Assembly (NCBI GenBank): GCA_963749725.1
Contig: CAVVNU010000014.1
Location: forward strand, 998-64,997
Origin: Waddliaceae bacterium
GTDB lineage: Bacteria > Chlamydiota > Chlamydiia > Chlamydiales > Waddliaceae
Reading direction: 5' to 3'
DNA: 64,000 nt
Both the position numbers and the translations under genes were made by a program. The notes beneath the pieces were generated by a model. It did not search any database. It saw only the letters and a list, made by a program, of their open reading frames with translations, and was not told where the DNA came from. Shown piece after piece: positions 48,383 through 59,246 of the stretch (position 1 is its first letter; each line of letters starts with the position of its first letter).

Positions 48383-48546
48383 TATACCGGTCGCGCCCTC
48401 GAAATTTGGAAGTCTAACTTTGAGAAAACGTGCTTGTGGACGATCGCAAGCCGCTTTATATTAATCAATATTAAGCGGCTTGCGATCGTCCAACCAAGAG
48501 GGATTTCTCTTTGCCAAAAACCAAATCTTGAAACACGACCGGTATA
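48383..48546. repeat. Full-length family-A MITE overlapping the ytgD 3' end
   Basis: TATACCGGTCG...CGACCGGTATA with internal hairpin GGACGATCGCAAGCCGCTT..AAGCGGCTTGCGATCGTCC. Confidence 0.9.
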
Positions 48547-49480
48547 AAAGTACAACTAAATAAAAAACTAATATGACGCAAACAACAATTCCGCCTGTAG
48601 AAAAAGCCGAACCGAAAACTGTCAGCAAATGACGCGACAGCGCAACTCCTGCAATTGAAGACAAAGCGCCAATAAAAGCAGATAACGCTAGCATGGTTTT
48701 AAGGTGGTAAGTGAGTTGTCTTGCAATTAATACAGGCCCGGTCATGAGCGTCAACACCATCAAAACTCCAACAGCACGGAACCCCCCAATCGCTGTTGCA
48801 GAGACTTGTATCATCAGAAGGTAGTTAAAAAATACAGGAGAAAACCCTAAAGCTTTCGATAGGCCTCCATCAAAAGTTGTTATTTTAAATTCCTTATAAA
48901 AAATTCCAATCAAAACCAAATTTAAAAATAAAATATAACAGACAAGCTTAACATCTTTTAAACGCAGCGCATCAGCATTCCCCATAATAATTTCTGTGCC
49001 AATGTGCGCATTTCGCGTTAATACAGTGACAAATACCACTCCGATTGCAAACAAGCTTGTAAAAACGATTCCAATGCTGGCATCTTCTTGCAGGCCGGTT
49101 GCCTTGGTAAGAAATTCGGTTAAAAACGTTGTTGCAACCCCCATTAATAAAGAGGCGAAAACCATCGATTGAATAGAGAGAGTCAGATCCGAGTGATGCG
49201 TATGAACGCTGCCATAAAATGAAAAAAAATAAACGATAACAATTCCAAGAAGAATCGTGTGTGAAAGCGCATTTGCTATCATTGTCATTTTACGAAGCAC
49301 CAAATAACATCCCAAAACCGCAGCTGATATAGCAATCCCAACTAAAACAAAAACTTGAATCTCATCGGAAACGAGGTCTTGAATTCCAATTCGCCCTAAT
49401 AAAAACGACCAAATTCTGGAAAAAAACAATACAAAAAAGCCGATAAACTGTTTTCCTGTGTAAGGATTGATTATTTGCAT
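48461..49480 (-). CDS. ytgD: Metal ABC transporter permease (YtgD/TroD)
   Basis: LGCYLVLRKMTM..ALSH, EDASIG, FRAVGV; multiple TMs. Confidence 0.9.
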   Translation of the reverse strand: MQIINPYTGKQFIGFFVLFFSRIWSFLLGRIGIQDLVSDEIQVFVLVGIAISAAVLGCYLVLRKMTMIANALSHTILLGIVIVYFFSFYGSVHTHHSDLTLSIQSMVFASLLMGVATTFLTEFLTKATGLQEDASIGIVFTSLFAIGVVFVTVLTRNAHIGTEIIMGNADALRLKDVKLVCYILFLNLVLIGIFYKEFKITTFDGGLSKALGFSPVFFNYLLMIQVSATAIGGFRAVGVLMVLTLMTGPVLIARQLTYHLKTMLALSAFIGALSSIAGVALSRHLLTVFGSAFSTGGIVVCVILVFYLVVLLYRSCFKIWFLAKRNPSWLDDRKPLNID

Positions 49481-49482
49481 CG

Positions 49483-50835
49483 TTAATGCACCTCTAATCC
49501 AAGCGAAGAAGGAATTGGCTGATCATGGGGATCTTTTTTAGGGTTTTTTAACAACCTTGTCAACTCAGCTTCCAATTCGGGGGTTAAAATGTGTTCCATC
49601 TCTTCAGCGCTTCTGTGTACGCGTTCAACTCCTACGCCTAAATACTCTGCCAAATAGACTTCCCAAAGCCTGTGCAAGCGCACAATATGCGCTGCTCGAT
49701 GGAGGCCATCCATTGTTAAGCGAAAGCGCCTGCCTCTCTTTTCAACCCAGCCCTGTTTTTCTAAACGGTAAAAAATATGCCTAAGATAAAAATAAGAGAC
49801 AGTTTGATAGCGTGCGACCTCTTTTACTAGAATCCATTGTTCTTTTCCAATTCTCCACATTGTCTTGATCACATTTTCTCTAATACATCGATGACGAAAA
49901 AATGCGATCCTTATCAAACGAAAAATAAGCCCTCTTTCAGGAGCAAGAAGCAGTGCTGCCAAGCAAAAAAACGTAGCAACCAAAACAATCATAGGTCCTG
50001 TGGGTAAAGCCAGCCTCTCGTTTGGATAAAGGATTTGAAACAAATGCGACAATTCAACAGAAAAGACGTTGCCTAAAAAACCGCTGATCATTCCTATTGC
50101 GCCTGCGATGAAAAGCATATTCAAAAGGCGGTTCGTAAACTGCCTTGCAACGACTGCCGGAGCGATCAGCATAGCAGACATTAACACAACACCAACAGAA
50201 CGAATTCCGACAACAATCGCTAGCGCTAATAATATAAAAATGATCGAGTCCAACATATCAACTCTTATTCCAAGACTTGCAGCATAATCTCTGTCAAAAG
50301 TTAGAACTTTGATTTCTTTATAAAAAAATAAAATCGAAGCAATCACCAGCAAAGATAATAGGCCGTATAAAGCAATATGAATATCGGTCATCGTTGCCGC
50401 TTGGCCGTATAAATAACTTAAACTCTGTTTGTAAAGTGTAGAATGAGTGAATTGAATATGCGATGCCATTGTAATCCCTACGCCGACAAATGCCGAAAGA
50501 ATAAAACACATGGCAGCATCTACAGATACTTTCTGTTTTCTTTGAAGATAATGAATCGCATATAAAGCAAGCAAAGAGGCCGCAAAAGCTCCAAGCATTC
50601 CCAAAAGGGGCACCCAATGCCATGAATTTTCTTCCTGAAAGAGGAAAGAACAAACAATTGCGCCTAAAATCACTCCCGGGTAAGAGGCGTGCGAAAGCGC
50701 TTCGCCCAATAGAGACTGCTTTCTTAAGTACGCAATAACACCGACCCAGGCCGCTGAAAGACACATCAATATGCAGCCAATTGTCGGGGCTCGAAGAATT
50801 GGATCGGTGAAATAGAGCATAAGTTTTTGAATCAA
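49483..50835 (-). CDS. ytgC: Metal ABC permease fused to a DtxR-like repressor (YtgC-YtgR)
   Basis: ABC-3 permease plus C-terminal VRLHRLWEVYL..HRSAEEMEH..P..DPHDQPIP. Confidence 0.92.
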   Translation of the reverse strand: MIQKLMLYFTDPILRAPTIGCILMCLSAAWVGVIAYLRKQSLLGEALSHASYPGVILGAIVCSFLFQEENSWHWVPLLGMLGAFAASLLALYAIHYLQRKQKVSVDAAMCFILSAFVGVGITMASHIQFTHSTLYKQSLSYLYGQAATMTDIHIALYGLLSLLVIASILFFYKEIKVLTFDRDYAASLGIRVDMLDSIIFILLALAIVVGIRSVGVVLMSAMLIAPAVVARQFTNRLLNMLFIAGAIGMISGFLGNVFSVELSHLFQILYPNERLALPTGPMIVLVATFFCLAALLLAPERGLIFRLIRIAFFRHRCIRENVIKTMWRIGKEQWILVKEVARYQTVSYFYLRHIFYRLEKQGWVEKRGRRFRLTMDGLHRAAHIVRLHRLWEVYLAEYLGVGVERVHRSAEEMEHILTPELEAELTRLLKNPKKDPHDQPIPSSLGLEVH

Positions 50836-51611
50836 TGCACAAGCCCTTGCTGCTTATTTTTTGAAATCTTTAGCGCTTCATCAAAAAGGGCATAACTTTT
50901 TCCATAGCACGAATTGAGATTCTCCTTAGTAAAAACACTGCATGTTTTCCCTGAAGCGACTAATCGAATATTGAGCATGATTACCCAATCAAAATAATGA
51001 TCAACACTGTCTAATTCATGGTGAACCACACAAACAGTTTTTCCCTGATCCCGCAGTTGGTGCAAGATATCCATAATGACCTGTCTTGTCACCAGATCGA
51101 TCCCTACAAACGGTTCGTCCATCAAATAAATATCTGCTTCTTGAATTAAAGCTCTAGCTAAAAACACCCTTTGCTGCTGCCCTCCGGATAGCTGGCTGAT
51201 CTGCCTGTGTGCAAAATTCTCCATTCCCACCATTTGCAAGTAATCATGAACCGCTTCATAATCTGCTTGTCTTGGCCAACGAAAAAGTCCTAAATGCCCG
51301 TATCGTCCCATTAGAACAAGATCGCGCACGGTAATGGGAAAATCCCAATCCACAGACTCTTTTTGCGGCACATACGCAATCCGTTTCCTTACTTTAGATA
51401 ACGGCAAGCCAAAGTACTCCACCTTTCCGGAAATTGGACGAATGAGGTTTAACAGCGTTTTAAGAAAGGTGGTTTTTCCGGCCCCATTCGGACCAATAAT
51501 CCCGGCAACAACTCCTTTGGGCACGTGCAAAGAAATATCCCATAATGCAGAAACCTTTCCGTAATTAACAGAGAGATGGTGGGTTTGAAGCGCAAATTCT
51601 TCAGCTTTCAT
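50832..51611 (-). CDS. ytgB: Metal ABC transporter ATPase (YtgB/TroB)
   Basis: GPNGAGKT, AYVPQ, LSGGQQQR, MDEPF. Confidence 0.93.
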   Translation of the reverse strand: MKAEEFALQTHHLSVNYGKVSALWDISLHVPKGVVAGIIGPNGAGKTTFLKTLLNLIRPISGKVEYFGLPLSKVRKRIAYVPQKESVDWDFPITVRDLVLMGRYGHLGLFRWPRQADYEAVHDYLQMVGMENFAHRQISQLSGGQQQRVFLARALIQEADIYLMDEPFVGIDLVTRQVIMDILHQLRDQGKTVCVVHHELDSVDHYFDWVIMLNIRLVASGKTCSVFTKENLNSCYGKSYALFDEALKISKNKQQGLVH

Positions 51612-52590
51612 TGGCTTCTCCGCTGTGTTGATTAAGGTATTTTGAAATAATACGGACATTGTGGGTCAACATCTTCATATAGGTATCCCCCGATGATCCG
51701 GGCCCTCCCATAGCATCTCCATAAAGAGTTTTGGGGACAATTGTAAGATGCATACCTTCTTCATTGCCTGCATTTAAAAGTTTCTGAATAGAAGCCCGGC
51801 TTACATTCGATTCCGGAAAAATGGCATGGATATTGTATTTTTTCATATGATTCAGAATTAGACGAATATCGGTTGCGCTCAACTGGCTTTCCGGCGCCAA
51901 TCCTTCCGGAGCTGCAAAGCGCTTTTTCCATCCACCGAATTTTTTCTCATGCTTTGTTGCCAAATAGGCGCGCGCAAAATAATTAAATGCATCATGACTA
52001 GTAACCAAATACCGCTTTTCTTCCGGCACCGCTTCCATAGTATGGATAAACTTTACATGAGCATCCATCATTTTTTGGTAAACAAAATCGCCGCGCGCTT
52101 TGTATTCTTCAGCATTTCCCGGGTCAAATTGACTAAGCTTTTCAACAATCGGATCAATAATCTGCGCCCAAAGACTCGCATCCATCCAAATGTGGGGATC
52201 TAATGTCCCTTTTTCAGACAATATCAAAGATGGACTCCGTTTTTGAATCCAATCTCCAACACCCAATGCTTTGGGATTTTCTTTTAAAACTTCTCTTAGG
52301 CTGGGTCCGTGTTCCAATCCCAGCCCATTATAAAAAATGAGATCGGCATAGGCAACTTTCTCATCATCGCCTTTAACAAGTTGGTATGAATGAGGATCTA
52401 ATTCACCTTTTACCAATACAATAGCATCCACATGACTGCCGCCGATTTGCACAACGACATCATCTATCATAGCAATCGTGCTCAACACTTTAACTTTGCC
52501 ATTAGGCTGCAGCCATCTAGCAAGCTCATTCGGTTGGGATGAACATCCAAAAAACACCAGCAATAATAAAATTAAATACTTCTTAATCAT
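51601..52590 (-). CDS. ytgA: Metal ABC transporter substrate-binding lipoprotein (YtgA/TroA)
   Basis: Lipobox FFGC, DPHSY, NGLGLE, DPHIW, HDAFNYF. Confidence 0.93.
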   Translation of the reverse strand: MIKKYLILLLLVFFGCSSQPNELARWLQPNGKVKVLSTIAMIDDVVVQIGGSHVDAIVLVKGELDPHSYQLVKGDDEKVAYADLIFYNGLGLEHGPSLREVLKENPKALGVGDWIQKRSPSLILSEKGTLDPHIWMDASLWAQIIDPIVEKLSQFDPGNAEEYKARGDFVYQKMMDAHVKFIHTMEAVPEEKRYLVTSHDAFNYFARAYLATKHEKKFGGWKKRFAAPEGLAPESQLSATDIRLILNHMKKYNIHAIFPESNVSRASIQKLLNAGNEEGMHLTIVPKTLYGDAMGGPGSSGDTYMKMLTHNVRIISKYLNQHSGEANES

Positions 52591-52879
52591 TTGCAGCTCT
52601 CAAATCATCGCAGCTGAATATTCCCTTAGAGCATCCTGAGGTAAAATCAATACGAATTGCATAGCGTCCGACGCTGACAATGCGCTTTGCTTTAACATGC
52701 TCATCAATTGTATTCGGATCCACAACTCTCTTCCCGGTCAGCTCATCTGTGCAATTAGCGCAAGGACAGCGTTTTTGCAGCTCTGAAAGCTTATAATCGA
52801 TCACTTCGCCATCATTCCACGTAATTGTAAAGACATAATTATCTTTTTGCTTGATCTCCTTTATTCGATAAACGCTCAT
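52583..52879 (-). CDS. DUF971/GBBH-like N-terminal domain protein
   Basis: CPCANC, VGRYAI; follows mrp. Confidence 0.8.
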   Translation of the reverse strand: MSVYRIKEIKQKDNYVFTITWNDGEVIDYKLSELQKRCPCANCTDELTGKRVVDPNTIDEHVKAKRIVSVGRYAIRIDFTSGCSKGIFSCDDLRAAND

Positions 52880-53721
52880 ATCGGCATATCCTTCCATTCC
52901 AGCTCAAAAGCTCCAATATCTGAATGATTGAGCGCATTCACATGTTCATTAAGCGTGTTTGCAAATTCTAAGAAAATCTGCGCTGTATGCGTTTTCTCTG
53001 CAAAAATCGACTGGCCCGAGTCGGATTTTTGACATAAAACAGGGTCTAAGGGAACTGCGCCGAGAAAAGGCACGCCGGCCTCTCGCGCCAGCTTCTCCCC
53101 TCCTCCTTTGCCAAAAGGATAAACAACCTGCCCGCTGCCTTCAATAGAAAGACCGCACATATTTTCAATAACGCCTAAGACAGGAATTTTGACTTGGTTA
53201 AATAAGTGCATCGATTTTCTAACATCCATTAAAGCAATTTCTTGCGGAGTTGTCACCATGACGGCTCCGGCAATATTCGCTTGTTGACAAAGAGTTAACT
53301 GCACATCTCCTGTCCCGGGCGGGAAATCAACAATCAAATAATCCAGCTCCCCCCAATTTACTTGATGGACAAACTGCGCTATAACACTATTTGCAATGGG
53401 CGCACGAATCACTGCAGCTTCATTTTCTTGTCGAAAATACGCCATTGACATGAGGTGAATACCCTGGCTCATTGCCGGAGACATCCTTTCCCCAATTTGA
53501 CCGGGCATCTTATCTTCCGGAAGCATTTTACGGACTGAAGGCCCATAAATATCTGTATCGAGCAATCCAACCCGAAAGTTAAGAGCCTTTAAAGCCAATG
53601 CTAAATTAACTGCAACAGTGGATTTTCCTACCCCTCCTTTTCCTGATGCAACAGCAAGAGTGCATTTAATTGAGTTTAAACCTTTTTTTGAGGATGTTTT
53701 ACCATACATAGGCAAAGGCAT
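52876..53721 (-). CDS. mrp: Mrp/NBP35 Fe-S carrier ATPase
   Basis: SGKGGVGKST, DTDIYGPS, WGELDYL, PPGTGD, VTTPQ, IENM. Confidence 0.93.
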   Translation of the reverse strand: MPLPMYGKTSSKKGLNSIKCTLAVASGKGGVGKSTVAVNLALALKALNFRVGLLDTDIYGPSVRKMLPEDKMPGQIGERMSPAMSQGIHLMSMAYFRQENEAAVIRAPIANSVIAQFVHQVNWGELDYLIVDFPPGTGDVQLTLCQQANIAGAVMVTTPQEIALMDVRKSMHLFNQVKIPVLGVIENMCGLSIEGSGQVVYPFGKGGGEKLAREAGVPFLGAVPLDPVLCQKSDSGQSIFAEKTHTAQIFLEFANTLNEHVNALNHSDIGAFELEWKDMPI

Positions 53722-53895
53722 GCTTACTCCTTATAAGTATTGGCTGCAATGCAGCATACCCAAGCAACTTCAAAATTTATGGTTTTGAAGTTATACCGCT
53801 CGTAATTCAAATATTATCTTAAACTTTTCAAGTCGAGATTATAATGACGTATTTTACACTGAAAGATATTTAGAAGAAACACTAAATGACCGCAT

Positions 53896-54425
53896 TATAC
53901 CGTTCGCGTTTCAAAATTTGGTTTTCAGCAAGGAGAAATCCCAACTTTTGAAACACGAACGGTACAAAATAATCAACAAAACAAATGACCAATACAAAAA
54001 CCTACAGATTAAAATAAAAACGCCCGTTAAATCACATTGAGCTGTTGGTTGATTCATCAATCCCTCTTTATTATCATAAAGTGTTTTTGTTCTAGTTTAT
54101 CTTAAACTAAAAATCTAAAAAACGAGGATTTTTTTGCAAAAAAATCAGAAAGGTGATTAAATCCTATTTCTATGTCTTTTGTAAAAGTAGAACATTTTAA
54201 GCGGATTGCTTAATAATACAGGTGGTTTTGCTAAATACTATTGGCATAGAAATGGGAATAATTTTCATCAACAAGGGACTTTTGATTGATAAGAAATTGA
54301 ATTTAGTTGCTATCTCAGAGTATCGTTAATTAATGAGCAAGAACTAACATTCTTTATACCGTTCGTGCTTCAAAATTTGGTTTTCTGCAAAGAGAAATCC
54401 CAACTTTTGAAACACGAACGGTATA
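53896..54425. repeat. Two near-identical family-A MITEs (53896-53966 and 54355-54425)
   Basis: TATACCGTTCG..TTCAAAATTTGGTTTTC..CAA.GAGAAATCCCAACTTTTGAAACACGAACGGTA. Confidence 0.88.
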
Positions 54426-54713
54426 GAATAGAAATCAAAAGTTTAAATTTTCAGCTTTGTTGAAGAAATGAAGAATAAATGAAAAACGAGAGGGTGCCTG
54501 CGAAGGACAAGAACTACTAGCGCTCCGGCAACTTTAAAACGAGAGTAGATTTATCAATTTTTCTACATCTGGCTTTTTGTTCGATCTTGATAACATTTAA
54601 ATGTTTATATCGATCTTCACACTTCGTCATATGAAAAAATCTCGATAAATCTTTATTTCTTGCGCTACGCAGGCATCCTCTTAAATCAATCTTAAATTTT
54701 TAAGGAAGGTAAA

Positions 54714-55217
54714 ATGTCACAAGACAAGCTTAGCTCAACAGAAAAGGAACTCGAAAACCTTATTGGCGCTGCTATTAAAAAGGTGCAAGGTTCCAAAGAA
54801 AACGATATTTGTAGATATCTGCCCGTAAACTCGGGAGGATACATACACCATTTTACTATGCGTAAAATGAAGTATGAAGATCCTAAAAAACTAACAAGCA
54901 TGATAAAAGAAAATATCATCAATGTAGACAAGCCTTCCACAGTTCCTCCAAAACCAAGAGCTGCCAGAGGGTCAAGAAAAAGACGGGATCAGTTTTTATT
55001 TACAAAAGAAGACATTGAGCGCATGCTGAATATGGCGCGCCTTGCCGGGGATAAGGAGATGATTCGCAAACTTACTCCTCGGAAAGATCTAAAACAGATT
55101 AAAAAAGAGCTTATTGCTTCCATTCGTCATAATCATATTGATCACGAACTTTGGAATTCTTATGTAGAAATCGTGACAACTGTCGAAGCGGCAACTGCAG
55201 GTATTCCTCAGCAGTAA
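54714..55217 (+). CDS. Conserved chlamydial protein (CT066-like)
   Basis: KENDICRYLP..GGY.HHFT, PKPRAARGSRKRRD; between ytgA region and ntt1 as in Chlamydia. Confidence 0.75.
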   Translation: MSQDKLSSTEKELENLIGAAIKKVQGSKENDICRYLPVNSGGYIHHFTMRKMKYEDPKKLTSMIKENIINVDKPSTVPPKPRAARGSRKRRDQFLFTKEDIERMLNMARLAGDKEMIRKLTPRKDLKQIKKELIASIRHNHIDHELWNSYVEIVTTVEAATAGIPQQ

Positions 55218-55383
55218 CAATTCTTTCTAAAGCAGGTTTCAGAATCTTTTTCTAAAACCTGCATCATCGACTTTGCAAACTTTTTGTTTATCTTTTCCAA
55301 AAACTGTTTGCAAAGTCAATCATATTCTAAAAAACTTATCTTATTCACTTCCATAGGGTTGCGTAAAGGTGTTTAAATTCCTC

Positions 55384-55412
55384 TTGATTTCATTTTAACT
55401 TAATAATATAAG
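55384..55412 (+). promoter_or_regulatory. Putative sigma66 promoter upstream of ntt1
   Basis: TTGATT-N17-TATAAG. Confidence 0.4.
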
Positions 55413-55700
55413 TTTAAGATCCGGTAGAAAAGAAATTTTATTTTACTGATTTGTATTGTGACCTATCGTGGAAATAAAAAGAATTCCACCATGATTTCTT
55501 CTAATCCGCTCTTAAAAAGTCAGTCGGTATTAGGAGAAGTAAATCGATAGTTTAACGGCCGCAAAACGGCATCATATCTTGGTTTTTGAGTTCTCTTTGA
55601 TAAATCTTTTTAGATGACACTGTCTATCTATTTATTTAAAACAAAAAGAAATGAAAAACCAAAATTCAAAGGGCTATCAAACATCACTTTACAAAAGTAT

Positions 55701-55773
55701 TGTGCCGGTCGTGTTTCAAAATTCGGGATTTCTCTTTGCCAAAATCCCGAATTTTGAAAACACGAACGGTATA
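55701..55773. repeat. Family-A MITE
   Basis: GCCGGTCGTGTTTCAAAATTCGGGATTT...AATCCCGAATTTTGAAAACACGAACGGTATA. Confidence 0.85.
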
Positions 55774-55867
55774 CCGATCAAGATTCAGGAGCAATAGAAT
55801 GAATGCTCTTTTTTTTGAATCGCGGTCCCTATAATGCAAACAATACAAAAAATAATGAGGTTAAATT

Positions 55868-57418
55868 ATGTCGAATGAAACCCAACAAGAATTTGGGAAA
55901 CTTCGAACGTTTTTTTGGCCCGTACATAGTTACGAGATCAAAAAGCTTCTTCCAATGTTTCTCATGTTCTTCTGTATTTCTTTTAATTATACGATATTAA
56001 GAGATACCAAAGACACGCTGATAGTCACTTCCTCAGGAGCGGAAACCATTCCTTTTCTAAAAGTATGGGGAGTAGTGCCCGCTGCTGTTATTTTTATGCT
56101 AATTTACGCGAAACTAAGTAATACTTTAAGCAAGGAATCGTTATTTTATGTAACGATTACTCCTTTTTTAATTTTTTTTGGTTTATTCGCCGCTGTTCTC
56201 TATCCAAATAAAGAGTTGCTACATCCGACAACCTTTGCCGATTCACTGCAAGCAGCGCTTCCGATGGGTTTTGCCGGACTGATCGGGTGTTTTAGAAACT
56301 GGACTTATTCGGTTTTCTACATATTAGCTGAACTCTGGGGAAGCGCTGTACTTTCATTAATGTTCTGGGGTTTTGCAAACGATATCATGCGCGTGACAGA
56401 AGCAAAGCGATTTTACAACCTGCTTGGTCTCGGAGCCAATGTTGCATTATTAGCTTCAGGAACTGCAATTATCCACTTTTCCGATATTAGAAAACACCTT
56501 CCTACAGGCGTTGATGCATGGCAAGTTTCTCTGAACTATCTAATGAGCATGGTGGTTCTTGCCGGCATCGCAATCATTGGAATTTATTGGTGGATGCAGC
56601 GCAATGTTTTGACTGATCCAAAATTTTATGACCCCTCCGACGTTAAGAAAAAGAAGGAAAAGCCGAAAATGTCAATCGTGGAGAGTTTCAAATATTTGTT
56701 GAGTTCAAAATATATCCTGTGCATCGCAATTCTTGTTATAGGTTACGGAATTTCTATTAATCTCGTAGAAGTAACCTGGAAAAACCAACTCAAACTCCAA
56801 TATCCTAACCCTAATGACTACAGCGCATTCATGGGCGGCTTCTCTCGCTGGACCGGAATCATTACGATTTGCATGATGTTTATCGGAGGCTATATCATCC
56901 GCACGCGCGGTTGGGGATTTGCTGCTTCAATCACTCCGATCGTCTTGCTCCTTACCGGAGTTGCATTCTTTACTTTTGTTCTGTTTAGGGAAAATTTGAC
57001 AGGGTATATCGCCGCACTTGGAACGACACCTTTGTTTTTAGCTGTGACAATTGGAATGGTCCAAAACATCATGAGCAAATCGAGCAAATATTCCCTCTTT
57101 GATCCTACCAAAGAAATGACTTATATCCCTCTTGACCAAGAATCTAAAGTCAAAGGCAAGGCTGCCATTGACGTAGTGGGAGCTCGACTTGGAAAATCCG
57201 GCGGTTCATTAATTCAGCAAGGTTTGCTGGTTGCTTTTGGAACAATTTCTGCAATTACTCCTTATGTCGCAATCGCAACAATTGCTGTCATTATCGGTTG
57301 GTTATTTGCTGTAAAGACCTTAAACAGGCAATTTATAGCATTGACGACCGGCGACACCACCGCAAAAGAACCCATGCCTGCTTCAGAAAAAGCTTCAGCT
57401 GCCGTTGCAGCCAACTAA
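55868..57418 (+). CDS. ntt1: ADP/ATP translocase (Ntt1/Npt1, TLC family)
   Basis: FNYTILRDTKD, GAETIPFLKVW, AELWGS, FWGFAN, EAKRFY, KYSLFDPTKEM.YIPLD, KGKAAIDVVG.RLGKSGG. Confidence 0.95.
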   Translation: MSNETQQEFGKLRTFFWPVHSYEIKKLLPMFLMFFCISFNYTILRDTKDTLIVTSSGAETIPFLKVWGVVPAAVIFMLIYAKLSNTLSKESLFYVTITPFLIFFGLFAAVLYPNKELLHPTTFADSLQAALPMGFAGLIGCFRNWTYSVFYILAELWGSAVLSLMFWGFANDIMRVTEAKRFYNLLGLGANVALLASGTAIIHFSDIRKHLPTGVDAWQVSLNYLMSMVVLAGIAIIGIYWWMQRNVLTDPKFYDPSDVKKKKEKPKMSIVESFKYLLSSKYILCIAILVIGYGISINLVEVTWKNQLKLQYPNPNDYSAFMGGFSRWTGIITICMMFIGGYIIRTRGWGFAASITPIVLLLTGVAFFTFVLFRENLTGYIAALGTTPLFLAVTIGMVQNIMSKSSKYSLFDPTKEMTYIPLDQESKVKGKAAIDVVGARLGKSGGSLIQQGLLVAFGTISAITPYVAIATIAVIIGWLFAVKTLNRQFIALTTGDTTAKEPMPASEKASAAVAAN

Positions 57419-57442
57419 TTACTCTTTAATTAAGAAGCTATT

Positions 57443-57482
57443 AAAAAGCCGGGTGCAGCACAAACTGTATCCGGCTTTTTTT
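57443..57482 (+). terminator. Rho-independent terminator of ntt1
   Basis: AAAAAGCCGG-GTGCAG...CTGTAT-CCGGCTTTTTTT. Confidence 0.8.
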
Positions 57483-57522
57483 GTCAAAAACGCAGCTGTC
57501 TAATCCCGCGCTTCATCAACTT

Positions 57523-57645
57523 TATACCGTTCGCCCCCTCAAAATTCGGGATTTTAAGGGGGCGGCCGACATAAATATCAGTCTTTTTTGAACCTGTTCA
57601 AAATCTCCGGAAATTGCGATTTTTAGCGAATTTTGAACAGGTTCT
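57523..57645. repeat. Family-A (57523-57573) and family-B (57590-57645) MITEs
   Basis: Terminal palindromes as for other copies. Confidence 0.8.
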
Positions 57646-57716
57646 AAAAAAATTGCAAATTCAAGTTAAAAACGTTATATAATTATTTTTTTTATACTAC
57701 TATAACCGGGTGATGA

Positions 57717-59246
57717 ATGAAATTTCGCAAGAGGAAAATCCACTGCTTCCAAGCCGGCGCAGCCTTTGCGGTCATGTCTTGTTTCTTTGGATGCTCTGTC
57801 CTCGATCCGACCGGAAACAATCAATCCCCTGCACACCCTGGAGCTCAGTGGGATCCCGATTATAGCGAATGGTACTGCACAAAACGCTTGATGAAAAAGC
57901 AAGAAAGCTTTCTTCCGGAATTTACAGAAAACACGGATGTCGCAGAATTATTAGATATCGCCCTTCGAAATCATCCGGAGACCAAGCAAGCATGGGAACA
58001 GGCACGGTCATGCGCTTTCGCTTTGGGAGCTGCCCAAAGTGCATGGTTTCCTGAAATCACAGGCGTTGAAGGGTTTGAATATAGAAACACCTCAGGAGGA
58101 GGAATTGCAGGAACATCTGTAACCCCAACCAATCCCACCTCAAGTTTTAGCAACGGCTCCTTTGTTACAGGCGAGACAGAATCTCTGTACTGGGATTTAT
58201 CGATTTCCTATCTTTTATGGGATTATGGAGGAAGAAGGGCTTCAATTGAATCTGCCCGCCAAGCTCTTTACGCTGCAAATTGGACGCAAAATCGAACAAT
58301 TCAAGAGGTCATTATCAATGTTATCCAAGGCTACTACAACTACGTAAGTTCCAAAGAACTTCTTCTAGCCTCTGAAAGCGACCTAAAAAATAGTCAAGAG
58401 GGATTGGCCGCAGCTGATGCATTATTCCAAAGCGGCGTAGGAAAATATCTTGACGTTCTCCAATCAAAATCCAACGTTGCAGACAAGGAATTAAGCCTAA
58501 TACAGGCCAAAGGGCAAGTCGAAATCTACCTCGCCCAGCTTGCAACGGCATTAGGCGTTCCCCCGTCAACTAAGATCGACACAAAAAAACTTCCCGACGA
58601 GTTTCCGGTCGATAAGATCTCCGGAGATGTTGAAGACCTGATGGAAATGGCAAGAATCCATCGACCTGATCTTGCTTCTGCATGGGCCGCAATGCTGCAA
58701 AAAAAACAAGATATTCAAGTACAAATTTCCTCTTCGCTCCCGACAGTTACCTCATCTGTCTATCTGGAAAAATCAAAATATATCAAAGGCACAAGCATTG
58801 TAACTCATTATTACAACAGCGATCTTCAAATCAATTTCCCCATTTTCCAGGGTTTCAACTATATCAATCTGATCAGAAAAGCAAGAGCGGATTACAAAGC
58901 GGCTAAAGCCAATTATGACAACCTGGAATCGCTTGCCCTGCTTGATGTGGTCACCGGCTATACTAATTTCATCTCTGCCAAAGAGGCTCTCGTTTCAAGC
59001 CGGGAGTACTTGAAATATTCAGGAGAATCACGGGATGTCGCTTTTGAAAGCTATAAAGCCGGGACATCGAATTTTCTCGATCTTCTTGCCGCAGACGCAG
59101 CTCTTGCAGAGGCTAAATCGAGAAATATTACAGCCAGGGCTAATCTGGGAGTTGCTTTATTTAATATCGCATTTTCCACAGGAATGCTTAATATCCCTTT
59201 TGTTGCCCAATCGATTTCCAAAAGAGAGAGTGTCAAACATGAGTAA
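57717..59246 (+). CDS. TolC-family outer membrane efflux lipoprotein
   Basis: Lipobox FFGC, ALRNHP, RPDL, OEP-like repeats; first gene of RND operon. Confidence 0.88.
   Translation: MKFRKRKIHCFQAGAAFAVMSCFFGCSVLDPTGNNQSPAHPGAQWDPDYSEWYCTKRLMKKQESFLPEFTENTDVAELLDIALRNHPETKQAWEQARSCAFALGAAQSAWFPEITGVEGFEYRNTSGGGIAGTSVTPTNPTSSFSNGSFVTGETESLYWDLSISYLLWDYGGRRASIESARQALYAANWTQNRTIQEVIINVIQGYYNYVSSKELLLASESDLKNSQEGLAAADALFQSGVGKYLDVLQSKSNVADKELSLIQAKGQVEIYLAQLATALGVPPSTKIDTKKLPDEFPVDKISGDVEDLMEMARIHRPDLASAWAAMLQKKQDIQVQISSSLPTVTSSVYLEKSKYIKGTSIVTHYYNSDLQINFPIFQGFNYINLIRKARADYKAAKANYDNLESLALLDVVTGYTNFISAKEALVSSREYLKYSGESRDVAFESYKAGTSNFLDLLAADAALAEAKSRNITARANLGVALFNIAFSTGMLNIPFVAQSISKRESVKHE

Noticed and set aside
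49483-50835. Permease-DtxR repressor fusion as a novel system
   Set aside because: This is the described chlamydial YtgC-YtgR fusion.
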